Source of the DNA: Owenia fusiformis
Taxonomy: Eukaryota
Direction of reading: 5' to 3'
Assembly (NCBI GenBank): GCA_903813345.2
Contig: CAIIXF020000001.1
Span: forward strand, 34,038,001-34,102,000
Length of the DNA stretch: 64,000 nt
Made by a program: the position numbers and the translations under genes
Shown: in pieces, positions 47,119 through 60,978 of the stretch
How the letters are laid out: every line of letters begins with the position of its first letter
Position numbering within the stretch: position 1 is the stretch's first letter
The notes under the pieces: generated by a model
Databases searched by the model: none
Told to the model about the DNA's origin: nothing
The model's input: only the letters and a program-made list of their open reading frames with translations

Positions 47119-49569
47119 TATGTCATTTGTTGAGCTACTGAATGGGTCGTTTCCAGGAATTGCTAGAACCTACTGGTTTGATTGGTGTTTCAAATTGATG
47201 GTTAAAGTATTTGATTGGATACTGTTCCTACTCAGCCGATTAATTTAGAAAATGCTTGCGGTCAATTGTTCCACACACATGTAGGTAACGCTTTATACGT
47301 AGATCCAACTGTATACGTGTATATACAATTTTGTAAGTTCATTGAACTTATACTGATCATGAAAACTTTAACATAATCAACTTGTTTATGTAATGACTCA
47401 CTTGAAAGGATCATGACTCACTTTAAAGGATTGTGTTTAGAATACACTACAACTACTAGGACACGGAAGCAAGCATTTTAAAATTATAATGTGCATAATC
47501 TACACGTGCAGATGACAGTGCATTCACAGTCTCTGGTTGATGGAGCTTTTCTGTATCGGGAAAAGTTATGTTCCATTAACACCCTTGGTGTTAACAACGA
47601 ATTTCCTCCTGCTTGCAGCGAGAAGACGGACCGGTTCGGGGCAATCTGCTTGCAGCGAGAAGACGGACCGGTTCAGGGCAATAGCTGATGAAATTCTTTG
47701 TCACAAAGTTTGGCATTTTTTATAAAATCAAACGCGCGTCATTGAAACTCACAAGATGTAAATAGCATGTCACTTACATCATACCTTGATGGGGAAAAAT
47801 AGATCTTATATGTTAGAAGTACTAAATAAAAGTAATCGTGAAAATGAGACAGTCGTTCTCGAGAGAAAAGAGCATAAATGCGCATTTAGAGAGTTTTGGT
47901 CCGTTTAAAAATGTGTAAAAAATTGGGGTACTTAAAAGCATCGGGAGGCATCATATATTTCAAATTAGACACGAGAAAGTCAATATTGAGCAAGTTATGG
48001 CTATTTTAAATTCAAATAAAACCGTTAACCCGTACCGGTCCAGCTTTTGACCCGTACCGGTCAATTTTCGTTAGCTGCACTATAGCTGAAAATAGTAGTG
48101 CAATTCATTTTATAGCGACGCAGTATGCCTTAAACATTTCCCAGACCTATATATTTTGAGACTATCCTTTTAATACTGCGTCCCCAGCATTCATAAAAAA
48201 TGGTGTTCAAGATACACTACCCATGCAAATTATTTTTGCATCTTGGAAGCCAGGCAGTATCTGTGTGACTTTATAAAAATTCGGAAATGTTCTTCAGATA
48301 TGAGCCCCCTCTTAAATATTGGGTGCGGAGGTAAGTTTAGGGAGCTGCTCCGCACCCTGTAGGGACTAGCTTTTTTCAAAGGAACATGATTAAAAAAACG
48401 GAGCAAAAATATTAAAGGACGACTGAGAAAATTGAAAAAATGACAAAATACTGGTTTTGACCTAGTTCTTGACCTTTGACCTAGATTAAACCTGATTAGA
48501 CCTAGATCTTGACTTGGTCCTGAACTGGACCTTGACTTGGACCTAGACATGGACTTGGACCTGGAAATGGACTGGACTGGTATTTTTTCAATCTTTTCTT
48601 CACTTCTCTTGACTTTCTATAAGGCTATCATCAGATCGATTTTTCTAGAAATTTAAAAATCAGCAATTTCTCGGAAACCGGCCGAACTTGGGAAATGGCG
48701 ATTATATGTCAAATATTCATTATGGATATGCATAAAATGAATGTGAAAATGACTCAATCCGAATAGCAGTTCTAATTTGTGCAGCCAATGTTGACAGACG
48801 GACGGAGCAACGGATGGACGGACCAATGGACGGACACCTGGTCGATCCCATGGTTTTATCGCTAATACTGTTAATTTGAAAAACGGGTCCATAACATGTA
48901 ATGATGACAATGAAAATGATGAAATTAGGTACGCCAATGAAGTGAATTCAGAGCAAAAGACCCATCGACCCACTGGAATACCCACAAATCAAGTTTCATA
49001 GCCTTGCCCAAGTCGGTCTCTTTTACTTATCTTGATTTCTATTATAACCGCCTTGACCCAAGAGAAAGCCACGTGCTTTACCGACCCAATGTTTTTGTTG
49101 GTAAAATTTGACAAATCAACGACGGCCCTACATTGTCGGACTAGGTCTTCGTGCATTTCCATCACGAATTCAGTTTTGATTTCAACATTGAATTGCATGA
49201 TTTCATTTAGACGAGTATTAATGACTGTTTACAATTCAATGTACATTTAATAACATAATATATTGTAACTCTCAAGAAACACTCGATCAAATCATTGAAT
49301 TTCAAGTCCTAGACGGGTAGTTTGCTTTTTATGCAGGTCAACCTGATAACGTTTTGATTGGTCAATCAGCCTGAAGTCACACGTTGTGTCCATGTCCATA
49401 TTGTCAATCAATATGGTTTTGCGATACCCTTAGGTAGCCTATAAGGTATTATGGGAATCTCGGAACCGCTGAATAACTTAGCATAATATCAGCGATGATG
49501 CATTGGATTGTACTAGGTGGTAATAATTCAAGATCAGATGAGTAAATAAATACCGACTTGGGCAAGGCT

Positions 49570-50106
49570 ACAAGTTTCAGAGTCATTAACATTCCTTGAA
49601 AATGACAATGAGCAGCCAACAGTTGGACCATCCATTGATTTTGTCAGCTCAGCTGAACGAGCCTCCAGATTCCTTGAAGCAAATTACCATAATTCAAGAA
49701 TAATATTATTTATTTACAATTTTTTGAAATCGTGGTAAGTGGAATCTTTCCAATTACCAATATAGCGTTATTATTGTTTTTGGACACCGTGGATTAAAAT
49801 ATTAAAAATACACACATTCAAAATTATACATGGCAAATTATACATACCTTCTAACAGCTATGAGCGAGATGATAAAACTGGTCGAGTGAACTCGTTTGAG
49901 TTATCTATTCTTCGTAAAAATATCAGAGAATGTTTATAGTGTAGCTTTGGTTTTCTATTTCAATGAAGTATCATATACACGGATGAGTAAATATAGATTA
50001 TTTAAACAGAAGTGCAAAATTCTTCCATTGAAAAGTACAGAGGCGGGTACTCACGAAACATTACATGTGCCTGACTGCATCCACATAGATCGACTAGCCA
50101 CAGTGT
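49570..50106 (-). mobile_element. Inverted, internally deleted copy of the CACTGTG transposon end
   Basis: Ends GATCGACTAGCCACAGTG at 50106. 49820-50106 is the reverse complement of ~12332-12610, and 49570-49795 the reverse complement of ~13265-13430. Confidence 0.8.
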
Positions 50107-50322
50107 ATACGTATAAGTTGTACTTTCACTTATGTGCGAAATCTCTCTACTAAATGTAAGTGTCTTTGTTGTGTGACTTTAAGCGGGTATTGCTCTGGAT
50201 GTAGTGCGCTGCTTTTAGTGTGGTTGGTGTGCTTTTGTTTGTCTAGGTTTGTGCTATAAGACCGTGTTAAAGTTTTGTGTTTAGGATGTTCGGTTATGGT
50301 TTTGTGGTTAATAAATCGTAAT

Positions 50323-51369
50323 ATGGTGGCGATTTTTTCGATTGATAAAACATGTACAATTTGCAAAAAAAGTGGCCATGTAAATACTGAATGTAAGAGT
50401 AAATCCTCATGCAAACTGTGTGGAATGGGTTCACATAGTGAAGGAGACCCAGTTTGCCAACACTTCATAAAGGAACAGGACATTACCATATTTGCTGGGC
50501 ATTCTGGCCCTCTTTCAAACTTCTCTCCGTGTATATTTAAATACAACGATGTTGTGATGCAATCGGCAGAGCATGCCTTTCAAGCCACAAAGGCCAGGAG
50601 GAATGGTAACAATGATCTTGCATCAAAAATTATTAATGTAAAACAAGCCGTGATGCACACGAACTGTGAAATGTATACCGACATGGGATGAAGAAAATGC
50701 CTCCCTAATGGATGATATCCTGAAGGCTAAATTTGATCAACATCCCAATCTAAAGAACATTCTCATCAACACTGGTTCCACCCCACTGGCTCTGGCCATC
50801 AACAAAGATCTTACTTGGGGTACTGGACTGAGCAGAGCTGTTACAGCTACAACAGCACCCACAAAATGGCCTGGAAAAAATCTTCTAGGCAGATCTCTTC
50901 AAAATTTGAGGGCAAGATAATTGCCATGGCAGATAAACCAGCGATCTCGATCTCAAGTGACCAGCAGATGATTGACACTCCACAGATATCAATTCTTCAA
51001 TCTTCACACACTCCTATATCAACCCATTCGCTACAAAATCCTATCTCCTCAGATGGACAAATCCCATGTACACCAACATCACCAGTCTTATTTACATCTA
51101 CATGTAAGTTAACTTCCCCAACAGTACCTAGCCTTTCTACACCTAAAGTCCACCAAAAGTCAGAAGCAGATAAAAAGCGGAAAGCCAGCAGTTCTCCAAG
51201 AGAATTTAAGGCCACTCCAAAGAGAAACACTGTAAAAAAACATCAAAAAATCAATGAACATGAAAATCAATCTAGTGATAGTGAAAACTGTCACACTGAT
51301 GATGATAACAATGATGATAATGTAATGGCTGTTGGTTGCAACACATTGCATCATAGTGATAAATTATAA
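50323..51369 (+). pseudogene. LINE ORF1 remnant: two zinc knuckles, NADAR (YbiA/DUF1768-like) domain, S/T/P-rich and basic/acidic tail; two frameshifts
   Basis: CTICKKSGHVNTEC and CKLCGMGSHSEGDPVC, then F.G..GPLSNF, SAEHAFQATKA, WD...LMDDILKAKFDQHPNLKNILINTG, DLTWGTG and WPGKNLLGRSLQNLR, which are the hallmark NADAR motifs in the expected order. Confidence 0.85.
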
Positions 51370-51563
51370 GCGACTGTAAACTGTGAATAATGAACCTGAT
51401 AACGTTTTACGGACTTGTTGTGGATGTTAGTATGGATTATAATATTAGCATCAAATATGATATATTAACTATAAATGTTAGTATTGATTATAATATTAGC
51501 TTAAAATATAATACATATAAATATATAAAAAATAAAAACATGCAAATATAATTAATATTACTA

Positions 51564-53959
51564 ATGAATAATCATAGTGAAACATCTTTTAAGTTACTAT
51601 CTCTAAATATTAGAGGTATTAATGACAAAAATAAAAAGTCTCAATTTTATAAGTTTGTTAAAAATCAGAATGCAAAAATAATATTTGTTCAGGAAACGTA
51701 CTATACAAAAAAGCTTAAAACTATTTTGGAAAAAGAATGGGTAGGTAAAAGTGCTCATAGTATTACTGATTCCTCACATAGCAGAGGGGTTTCTATTTTC
51801 ATTGACAACACTTTAGACCGTGAAATTATAAATTCTTACAATGATGATTGTGGAAGGAAATTATTAACAAATGTAAAAATTAATAATGAAATATTCTGCT
51901 TAGTAAACCTATATGCACCTGTAAATGAAACTCTCAGAAAAACCTTTTTAAATAGCATTCCAAGATGGATTGAACAACATTGTTTTAATTTCTAAAATCT
52001 TATAATTGCTGGAGATATAAATTTCAATTTATATGTTAATGATAGATATCCTACTCTTAAGATCTTAAAAAACGAATAGATTATTTTGATTTAAATGACA
52101 CAGGGTTAGATGCAGGTTTTACATGGTCTAATAAAAAAGCCACACAAAAAGTAGGATTGACTATTGTCTAATATCGGAGGAAACTGATTATGATTTAAGT
52201 ATAAAAAATATGTATTGTCCACTTTCAGACCATAGAGCATTACTTATTCAAGTTTGCAAAATTAGGAATAAAAAAGGGCCTGGTTATTGGAAATTGAATT
52301 CAGAAATAATAAAAGAACATGAATACAAGATAGGGATTAAAAAGATCATAACTGAATTAAGAAACTCAGAAATAAAATCTACAAGAATGCAATAGGAACT
52401 TGTAAAAGTGAAAGTAAAAGAATTTTCAATAAGATACTCAATTGAAAGATCTAAAACAAAAGCATGTAAAAGGATAGAAAATGAAAATAAACTTATTTGT
52501 CTAGAAAGGCTAGTTACACCAAATGAATCTCAGAAAAGTGAAATTAACTGAAGAAGTACACATGAGCAGGGGGATTAAGCAAGGATGTCCATTGTCTGCC
52601 CTACTTTTCATCATATCAATGGAAATGTTAAATTTAAGTATTAAACAAAGTGAAAATATCCGTGGAATTAATGTCAAATTAAAGGAGGACCAATTTGAAA
52701 TTAAAACAGCATTATATGCAGATGATTGCACACTTTTCCTTGCAGATGAGCATTCCATAAAGAATGCCATAAAGAAAATAAATATGTTTTGCAAACTTAT
52801 TTAGAAAAATGGAACAGAAGAGATTTAACCATTTTGGGAAAAATATTAATAATAAAGTCACTTGCACGCCCAAAACTTATTTATAGTGCATATATTCTTC
52901 CAATTTCAAAAGATATGATTTTAAAAATAAATAAAATACTATTTAATTTTATTTGGAACGGCAAAGACCGGATTAAAAGAAATATACTATATAAAGATAT
53001 TTCAGAAGGAGGTGTGAATATGATTAATATCGAAAATCAATTCAGTGCTTTAAAGCATCTTGGATAGATAGAATTTTCCATCCTGGTGAAAAAAATCAGT
53101 GGAATGATTTACCCCGAACTCCCGTGCAGTGATATATCACTGCGGCGGGCAGGTATCTCACCGTAAGCATGGTAACTTCGTAATAAACAATTGACGTGAT
53201 TGGTTCTAGTCCCATGCTCAGGTCGCGTGATTGTAAAATTTAGACAATTTCATTGGTTGAATTGCGCGTATTAACTAATAAACAACACGTGCGGTAACTA
53301 TTATCAACAAAACTTTACTCAGAATTCCTTTCCGCGGTGATTTCTTCTCATATTTCAATAATTTTGAAATATTTTGACAAAATAATGTTTGGGAAACATT
53401 CATGAATACATATTTTATAAGTTGTGTGAAAATTGACCACATATGCGATGAAAAGGGGAACTATTTTCCCCAAGTTTTGGGGATTTGCTTCATCTGCCCG
53501 CCGCAGTGTCTATACCGAGACACTGTATTGGAGTTCGTGTTTTACCCCTGTGGATTTTAATAAAATAACATCGAATAATGAAATACTCCTTAGAATGAAT
53601 TTTAATTCTGCTAAAGAGATGCCACTCTTATTAAGTATCCCTAAATTTTATCAAGAAGTATTATTAGGTTTCAATAAATGTAAAGACAGAGGGAATAATA
53701 TAGCTATAAATCATGACAAACTCTGTCAAGAATCAATTTTTGGAAACTATTTGTTTAAGAAAAATAATGGAGAGTGTCTGTTTTTTTAATCTTGGATTAA
53801 AAGCGATATTCTTTATATAAAGGATATCATAGATGTGAATGGCAATGTACTTAAAGAAGAACATATTTTAGGAAAATTAAAAGACAAGAGAAACTGGATT
53901 TCAGAAATATCTTTAGCGAGGAAAATACTGCAACCTTTCGAAAAAATAATGAAACCTAA
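51564..53959 (+). pseudogene. L1/Tx1-type ORF2 remnant (APE endonuclease, partial RT, post-RT region)
   Basis: LLSLNIRGI, FVQETY, SRGVSI, VNLYAP, SDH, GPGYWKLNS, RGIKQGCPLSALLF, YADD, WNRRDLTILGKILIIKSL. Stops, frameshifts and a large deletion near 52510. Confidence 0.9.
53115..53539. mobile_element. MITE inserted in the Tx1-like ORF2
   Basis: cgaactcc..cagtg..cactgcggcgggcag vs ctgcccgccgcagtg..cactg..ggagttcg. TTTACCC is duplicated on both flanks. Confidence 0.75.
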
Positions 53960-54516
53960 TGTAACCATGGGGCGAGGGACAACACATGGGAACACGAAAA
54001 ATGATGTAAAACTATAAAACACTGATTTATTTCAAAAATATATATGCAAATGGAATAAAATATCTGGTTTAAAGTGACAATCTAGCTTAAAGTGAATAGC
54101 TAGCTTAAAGTGAGTAGTTAGCTTAAAGTGAATAGCTAACTTAAAGTGAATACTATCTAGCTCAAAAATCTATCTGTCTAAATGACCAAAATCTATCTGC
54201 CTAAATGACCAAAATCTATCTGCCTAAATGACCAAAATCTATCTGCCTAAATGACCAGGCCACCCGCTAGGGCACCCACACTTGACCCTAAATATATCTC
54301 AACAGGGTGGTGAGTATTAGCACTAGAAAGCCCACTGGTAGACCCGTGGAAGGTCCTGGCTGTTTGAAAGTTGAGGCTAATACTGAAGAAAACATGTGAA
54401 GTGTGAATGAAAGTTAAGCTCCCAGCAGGGTTTGATTAGCCTACAGAAAACTGTAAAATGAAATATTTAGCCCTCCATAACAGGGTTATTGAAAATATAA
54501 AAATCCAAATGTCACC
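53960..54516 (-). repeat. 3' LTR (557 bp)
   Basis: Direct repeat of 60979-61553, with 18-bp (x4) and 23-bp internal tandem repeats. Confidence 0.93.
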
Positions 54517-54821
54517 CACACGCGGACATTGTCATAATTTGTCCCAAATTATCCTTAACATTTGGCTTACCACAGGAATATAAAAACTTAACTGAAAAAC
54601 ATTAAACTGTCACACACACGTGGGAAAATAACAATATGAAGTACCATTATAAAGGTTTATCCTCCCCTTAATAGCATCCACTACCTAAAATGGTAGTTTA
54701 TAAAATTATAATCTCATATTACAAAGTAACTGAAAACACCAAACTTTTTATGTGATTTTAATTTTTTTTTAAACACGAACTACTTTCAAAATATAAAATT
54801 CTCTTTCTAGTTCACCTGAAC

Positions 54822-57800
54822 TTAAATTACCTTATTTAGATACACCCTAAAAAAATATACCGCAAAATACACCGCAAAATCAGAGGGTTGCGATTTTTTG
54901 AATGCATCTTTGTCACCATTTTCATCTCTAATGTTTGGTGGCAATTCTTTAATGTCTTTCCTATTGACACATTTGGTAACGGATTCATCATCAGCTTGTT
55001 TTATTGTATAGACGTCATCTTTCTTTGATACTATTTCATAAATTTCTTCTTCATACGATCGAGTCTTGTATTTTGTTCCTTCCACTTATTCGTTTCCTGT
55101 TTAATACTTTGCTTCCCACGTTTAGGTCATCTGTCCTTGATTTCTTATCATGAAGATCCTTTCTTCTATCAGCTTCTGTCTCTATTCTTTTTAAGGCTAT
55201 TTGGTTCGCGTCTTGTAGCTTCTGTTTGTGTTGTTTAATCCAATCCTCATCTTCGTCCATTTCTCCTTCACTGACATCAAGTTGAATGCAGATAGGTAGT
55301 CTTGGAAGTCTCCCAAACATTAAGTAGAACGGTGAGTACCCTGTAGTGCTATGTGGTGTGATGTTGTAGCAGTATGTGAGTTCTCGAATGTATTCTGGCC
55401 ACTTCCTTTTCTTATCTTGTTCTAAAGTTGTAAGAAGTGAATGTAGTGTTCTGTTGTAACGTTCACACTGTCCATTACCTTCTGGGTGGTAAGGAGTAGT
55501 CCTAGATTTCTTGATGTTGTATGTCTTACACAGACACTTGATTACATTGCTTTCAAAATTACGTCCTTGGTCACTGTGAAAACGTTTTGGTACACCATAC
55601 ACTTGTATAAAGGATTTCAGCAAGACTTTAGCCACTGTTTCTGCCTTTTGATCTTTTGTTGGTTCTGTAACCGTCAGTTTGGTAAAAGCATCGGTGATTT
55701 CTAAGACATTCTCCATGCCATTGGAAGCTTTCTCTAGTAACGTGAAGTCAAGAAACACTAGATCCAAAGGTCTCTTTGATGTTAATCGTCCTAGAGGTGT
55801 CACGATCTTGTGGTATGGTAACTTACCAAAGACACATCTACTACAATTCTTGATCCAATCGATTACATCATTGTGGATTTCTGTCCAGTAGAATCGTTGT
55901 CGAATAAGTTTCTCAGTTCTCTCTATTCCTTGGTGTCCAGTGTAATCATGTAGACTTTTCAGCACTTCTTCCCTTAGCACTTCTGGCACAACAGCTTGCA
56001 TTATGGCTCTGTCATTATCATGCGATTTCCTGTAAAGTATGTTGTTGTATATTGTAAGATTCTTCAGCTGTAGCACAAGTTTTCTTTGACTCTTGGTTAA
56101 CTTCTTTATAACTTTGTTTGTAGGTTTGTACTTTGTCTCTACCATTTCGGTGACTAGTGATATATCTTTGTCTTTCTCTTGTAGTTCTCTAAAACCTTCT
56201 TTTGTTATACTTGGTAGAAGTGTTGTTTCAGCTGGTGCGATTTCTGCTTCTATGGACATCACATTCGAACGAGTATGTTTCAGCTCACAAGATAGATCAG
56301 GGATTTGTGTTGTTTTTGTTAAATGTCCAATGACACTCATGGCGCTCACTTCAAATTGTTCTTCTTTCTCGTCTTCTTCCTCATCCGAGCTATGTTCAAG
56401 TCTCGATAAGATGTCTGCTGCAACATTGGTTGAGCCTGGCTTGTATTTGATTTCGAAATTGAAAAAAGGCAAGATCTGATACCCAGCGCTGTTCTACTGC
56501 AGGCAGTTTCTTTTTGTACATGATGTATGTCAGTGGATTGTTGTCTGTGAAAACAGTAAATGTAGAACCAAGCAGGTAATCTCTGAACCTCTCTGTGATA
56601 GCCCACTTCAGTGCTAGTAGTTCAAGTTTCTTTGAAGAATAATTTTTCATGTTCTTTTCTGAACCTCTCAGGGATCTGCTTCCATAACTGATGACTCGGA
56701 GTTTACCATTCTGAAGTTGTTGCAATTCAGCGCCCAGTCCCGATGATGATGCGTCTGTTTCTAGGGTAAAGGGTTTAGAATAGTCGGCAAATGCGAGTAC
56801 TGAAGCTGTGGATAACATCTTCTTCAATTCATCTTGAGTTTCCGAGCACTCATTTGTCCACAGTTTTTCTATGTTCTCTGTTTTCTTTTGTGTTCTCTTT
56901 GTTACTTTCTGAACTAAGTTATGGAGTGGTTGAGCTATGCTGGCATAACCTTTCACAAATCTTCTATGGTAACCAGCCATCCCTAAAAATTGTCGTAGAT
57001 CTTTCAATGTTTTTGGTCGTTTCCAGTTAACAATCACCTTTATTTTCTCTGGGTCTGGTTCAATACCTTCTTTGGATATTCTGTAGCCTAGATATGTAAC
57101 TTTCTTCTTGAAGAAGTCACATTTTCTTAGTTCAAGTTTCAGGTTGTAGTTTTGTAGGATTGAAAATACTTTCTCAAGTCTTTCGATCATTTCGTCTACT
57201 GTAGAGGAGAAAACTAGGATGTCATCGAGGTAGACTAGTAGTGACTTGAACATCTCGTCTTTGAAGGCCATAGTCATTAACCGTTGATATGTCGCTGGTG
57301 CGTTACAGAGTCCAAATGGCATTCGAAGATATGCAAAAATTCCAAGAGGTGTTGTGAAGCTAGTTTTGTGTATGTCTTCCTCTGCAACTTTTATCTGGTG
57401 GTAAGCGCTCTGGAGGTCGAGGCTGGAGAACCACTCTGCGTTGATCAGTGCATCCATGCTCTCTTGAATCCTTGGAAGGGGAAAACATCTTTCTTTGTAT
57501 TGTTGTTCAGGTTTCTGTAGTCAACGCAAAGTCTTAAAGAATTATTTTTCTTCCTCACTATGACTATAGGACTGGCAAAGTTGCTCTCACTTGGTTGTAT
57601 AATCTTCTTTTGGACTAAAGTGTCTATATGTTCTTTCAGTTCTTGGAATATGGCTGGCGGTATTCTTCGATATGGTTTATTTACAACAAATCCTTCAGGA
57701 GTTTGTATTTTATGGACTATTGCATCTGTGTATCCTAAGTCATTCTCATCGGATCCAAATATGTCGTGATATTTCTTGAAAAGTTCTGCTGTCTTGTTAT

Positions 57801-59826
57801 ACTCCACTTCATTTCCTGGGAAATCTTTCAAAATTTTTTCAATTTGATCATTTACATGTTGTGGTACTCTAGTTGTAGTCGGAGTAGATTGTGCATCTTC
57901 CATCTTGTTGTGTCCAATTGTATTTGTGAGTTCAACTGTACATGTATTCATACTACATGTGACCCTGCAGCAGCTAACTGAGACTGGTTGAACTGTTCCA
58001 ACAGGAGTTCTCACAGGCAGGAAAACACTAACTTCAGATGGATTCATAATCTTGATCATTGAACAGCCTGATTTTGCGTCGATGTAGCCTGAGATAAGTA
58101 GGACGTTCCCTGGTAATGTAGATTCCAATGGTTCAACTATTCCTTGTCCTCGGAAACTTCCAGTGTAGACAGGTACATTAAGTGTTGTTGATGGTGGAAT
58201 AAGAGACTTTTCTTTCACTCTAATTAAGTGTGTTTTCTGGACTTCTTTATCTATGTTGTCATCTGGTTCCAGATATTTCAAGATGTTCATTCCTATCAAG
58301 ATTTCTGGGTAGGCTCCTGACTCTGAGTGTACTAAGATTCCACAGTCTTTTATTAAGACATCTTTTATTGTTATATCTTCAATTAATAGACCCTTATATG
58401 GTATCTTGAGATTGTTCGCAGCTTTGAGATCCAGCATTTGAAATTGTTGAAGTTCTTTGTTGAAGTGTTTCTTGTAGAATTCTAATGACATCATGGTGAC
58501 ACTACTGCCGGAATCCATTACTCCAGTTGTTTGAATTTCTCCTATTTTTATATTCCATACTGGTGTTTTTCCAACAATCTTTTCCATGTTTGGATGAATA
58601 GTTGTATCTGCTGTTACATTTGTTATCACTTCGTTTGATGTGGCTCCTGTATTACTCTGGTTGTCTACGTTTTGGTTACTTTGATTGTTGTTGAATTGGT
58701 TGTATCCTCCTCTATTGTAGTTAAATCCTCGTAATCTGCCAGAACCCCTTCTGTTGTTGTACTGACCCCTGTTCTGTCCTCGACCAAATCCATTGTTGAA
58801 ATTATTCTGACCCCTAAAGTTGTGGTAGTTTCTTTGGTAGCCATTGTTGTTGAAATTGTTTGAGTTATTTTCAGAGTTGTCATTGTTATTTCGCTTAAGA
58901 TGGTTGATCTCCTTCTCGATCTTTTCCTGTTTATCCAAAATCTTTTGTAGTGTAATTTGTAGTGATGAGTCATTGTCTCTTGAGCTAACTGCACTTGAAG
59001 AAACTTTCCGCTGCTCATTTTCATTCAACTCAAATTTGAAAGCAATTTCTCTCAATTGGTGAAATGTGATGTTATTGTTCAAATCTGATATTCTCTGAAG
59101 TTCCCATCTTAGTTTAGGCTCATAGGCTCCTACTATCAGTTGTTCCTTCAGTAGTTTATCTCCTTCTAGGTGTTCATGGCTTTGTTTTACGATGTCCATC
59201 AGCTTCATTAACGACTGTGTATACTGTGATATGGTTTCATTGTGGTTTTGTTTCCTCGTGTAGAACTCAGTCATTGATTTGTGTGGTGATTCTACGATAC
59301 CAAACACTCTCTTCAATGTTCTGTAGATATCCTCAGGTGATGGGTTGTTTGATAAATATCTTATTTCACGCCGTGGATTTGGTCCTAAGTGGTAGATTAT
59401 ATCGTCAATCTTTTCATCATTCTTGTTGATACTCTTTGTTGCTATTTTTGCATCTTCACACCAGTCGTAGACATCTTCGTCAGTCTTTCCAAAGAACTTC
59501 TGAAGTTTAGGTTTGTTGTAAAGAAGTTTCGTTTCAGTTGAGTTAACCTGACTTGTTTCCTGATGTTCTTTAGTCCTGGTATTAGGGACTGTTGTGTCAG
59601 GATTTATGTTGTATTTTTCCTGCAGCGATGTAAGTTCTCTCTCAAGTTTTATCATTCTCAGCTTTTCTTGTACTTCAACTTTTTCTTCATCCTCTAGTTC
59701 CTTGGCTAAGTCATCAATCATCGCTTTCCTGATATCCTTTGGTTTGACATCCCCTGGGTTAGTCTCCTGTCCCAAGACAAATTTTTCATCCGGTGATTCA
59801 AGTGGCGGCACGTCTTTTTCAGCCAT
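54822..59826 (-). pseudogene. Gypsy gag-pol broken by three frameshifts (gag-PR-RT start 59826-57445; RT-RH 57457-56396; IN 56472-55051; tail 55085-54822)
   Basis: Protease DSGS. RT LCVDYR, LDLQSAYHQI, MPFGLCNAPATYQ, YLDD. RNase H TDAS and TDNNPL. Integrase HHCC (H..GH...CSRC) and D,D-E (LDF, HSDQG, GQCER). Confidence 0.93.
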
Positions 59827-60963
59827 TGTTTTTGATATAAAATGAAAACGCGCACGCAGCGATATGATAAAATACTCTGATTTCGCGTTGTATGTACAAA
59901 ACCTGCGGAAAATTACACGAAAATGTTTAAAATATATCACCGATAAAATACATCCTGTTGAGAATATGTATAATTGTCCGGGGTACTAGTCTAATATGAT
60001 CTTATAAACTTGTAGTACTAGAACATGCACTATACTCTGTCCAGTCTACTATTAATACATCAATAAAAATTCAGACAATATAAATGTCAAGGGCACTATG
60101 AGATTTTAATTAAAATTGTTACGTTGAACTAACACAATAACTTGTGTCTGGGCTACTATATAGAACATAAGGTTAAGTGGAGGTACCATATACTGATGTA
60201 AAGTTGTCAAACTTAAATTGGACACTTTTATGCACCAAATATCAAGATATACACGCTTGAAATATAGACAATAGATAATGACTGGTAAGTTGTGTGTTAA
60301 ATGGAATACACAAAAAGTAATTTATAAAAGTCAACATGTATACTCAGAAACCAATGTCCTGGATACTATTTGGCAAGCTGGACTTTTATTGACTCACACC
60401 AAAATACTACTAGTGTCCTCATTGACCTTGCTAGAAATTATGTTGCTCAGTTTTATGCATGGCTTCACAGTCCAAACTTTTATCAAAGTCCATGAAGTAT
60501 AATCAGCTGATTCAAATGTAGCTATTCAAGCAATGTTCATTCATCAATGTTAATTAGCTAGGCAAAATTCAACTGTTGCCATTCAAACAATGTTCATTCA
60601 GGTGATGTGAGATTATTATATAGGACTGCAATTCAATGTTTATGTGACTCCCTTGCAAAATAATGCAGCATGGAATATTGCCAATGTCTATGTGAAAAAT
60701 TGCAGTTTTATGCCAATCATAAATAGTTCAATCTCAAGTTGTGTTGATCTTTGACGCTTTTCCATATGTCTTTATCCGTACCACTTACTTGGTTTACCCG
60801 ACTTCCATCAGTATTAGCTTATGTGGCCTGGTCATAAAAAAATATCTACCTATCCATAAAACAGTAGCCTAACAATAGCCTAGCAATTGGGAAATGAATT
60901 TCTATATTACGTGTCGGTATTCAAAAACCAGTGAAATATCAATGTAACATCAGTGTATTGTAA

Positions 60964-60977
60964 CACCCGCAGTACCA
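60964..60977 (-). promoter_or_regulatory. Primer-binding site (TGGTACTGCGGGTG), possibly tRNA-Leu
   Basis: Begins with TGG 1 nt after the 5' LTR on the minus strand. The tRNA identity is inferred from the CAC-N7-A-CCA pattern. Confidence 0.7.
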
Positions 60978-60978
60978 G

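Noticed and set aside
50490..50920. Stand-alone bacterial ybiA gene or contamination
   Set aside because: It is in frame with eukaryotic gag-type knuckles, frameshifted, and collinear with a LINE ORF2 amid eukaryotic repeats.
54080..54260. 18-bp and 23-bp repeat arrays
   Set aside because: Simple tandem repeats internal to both Gypsy LTRs; no spacers.
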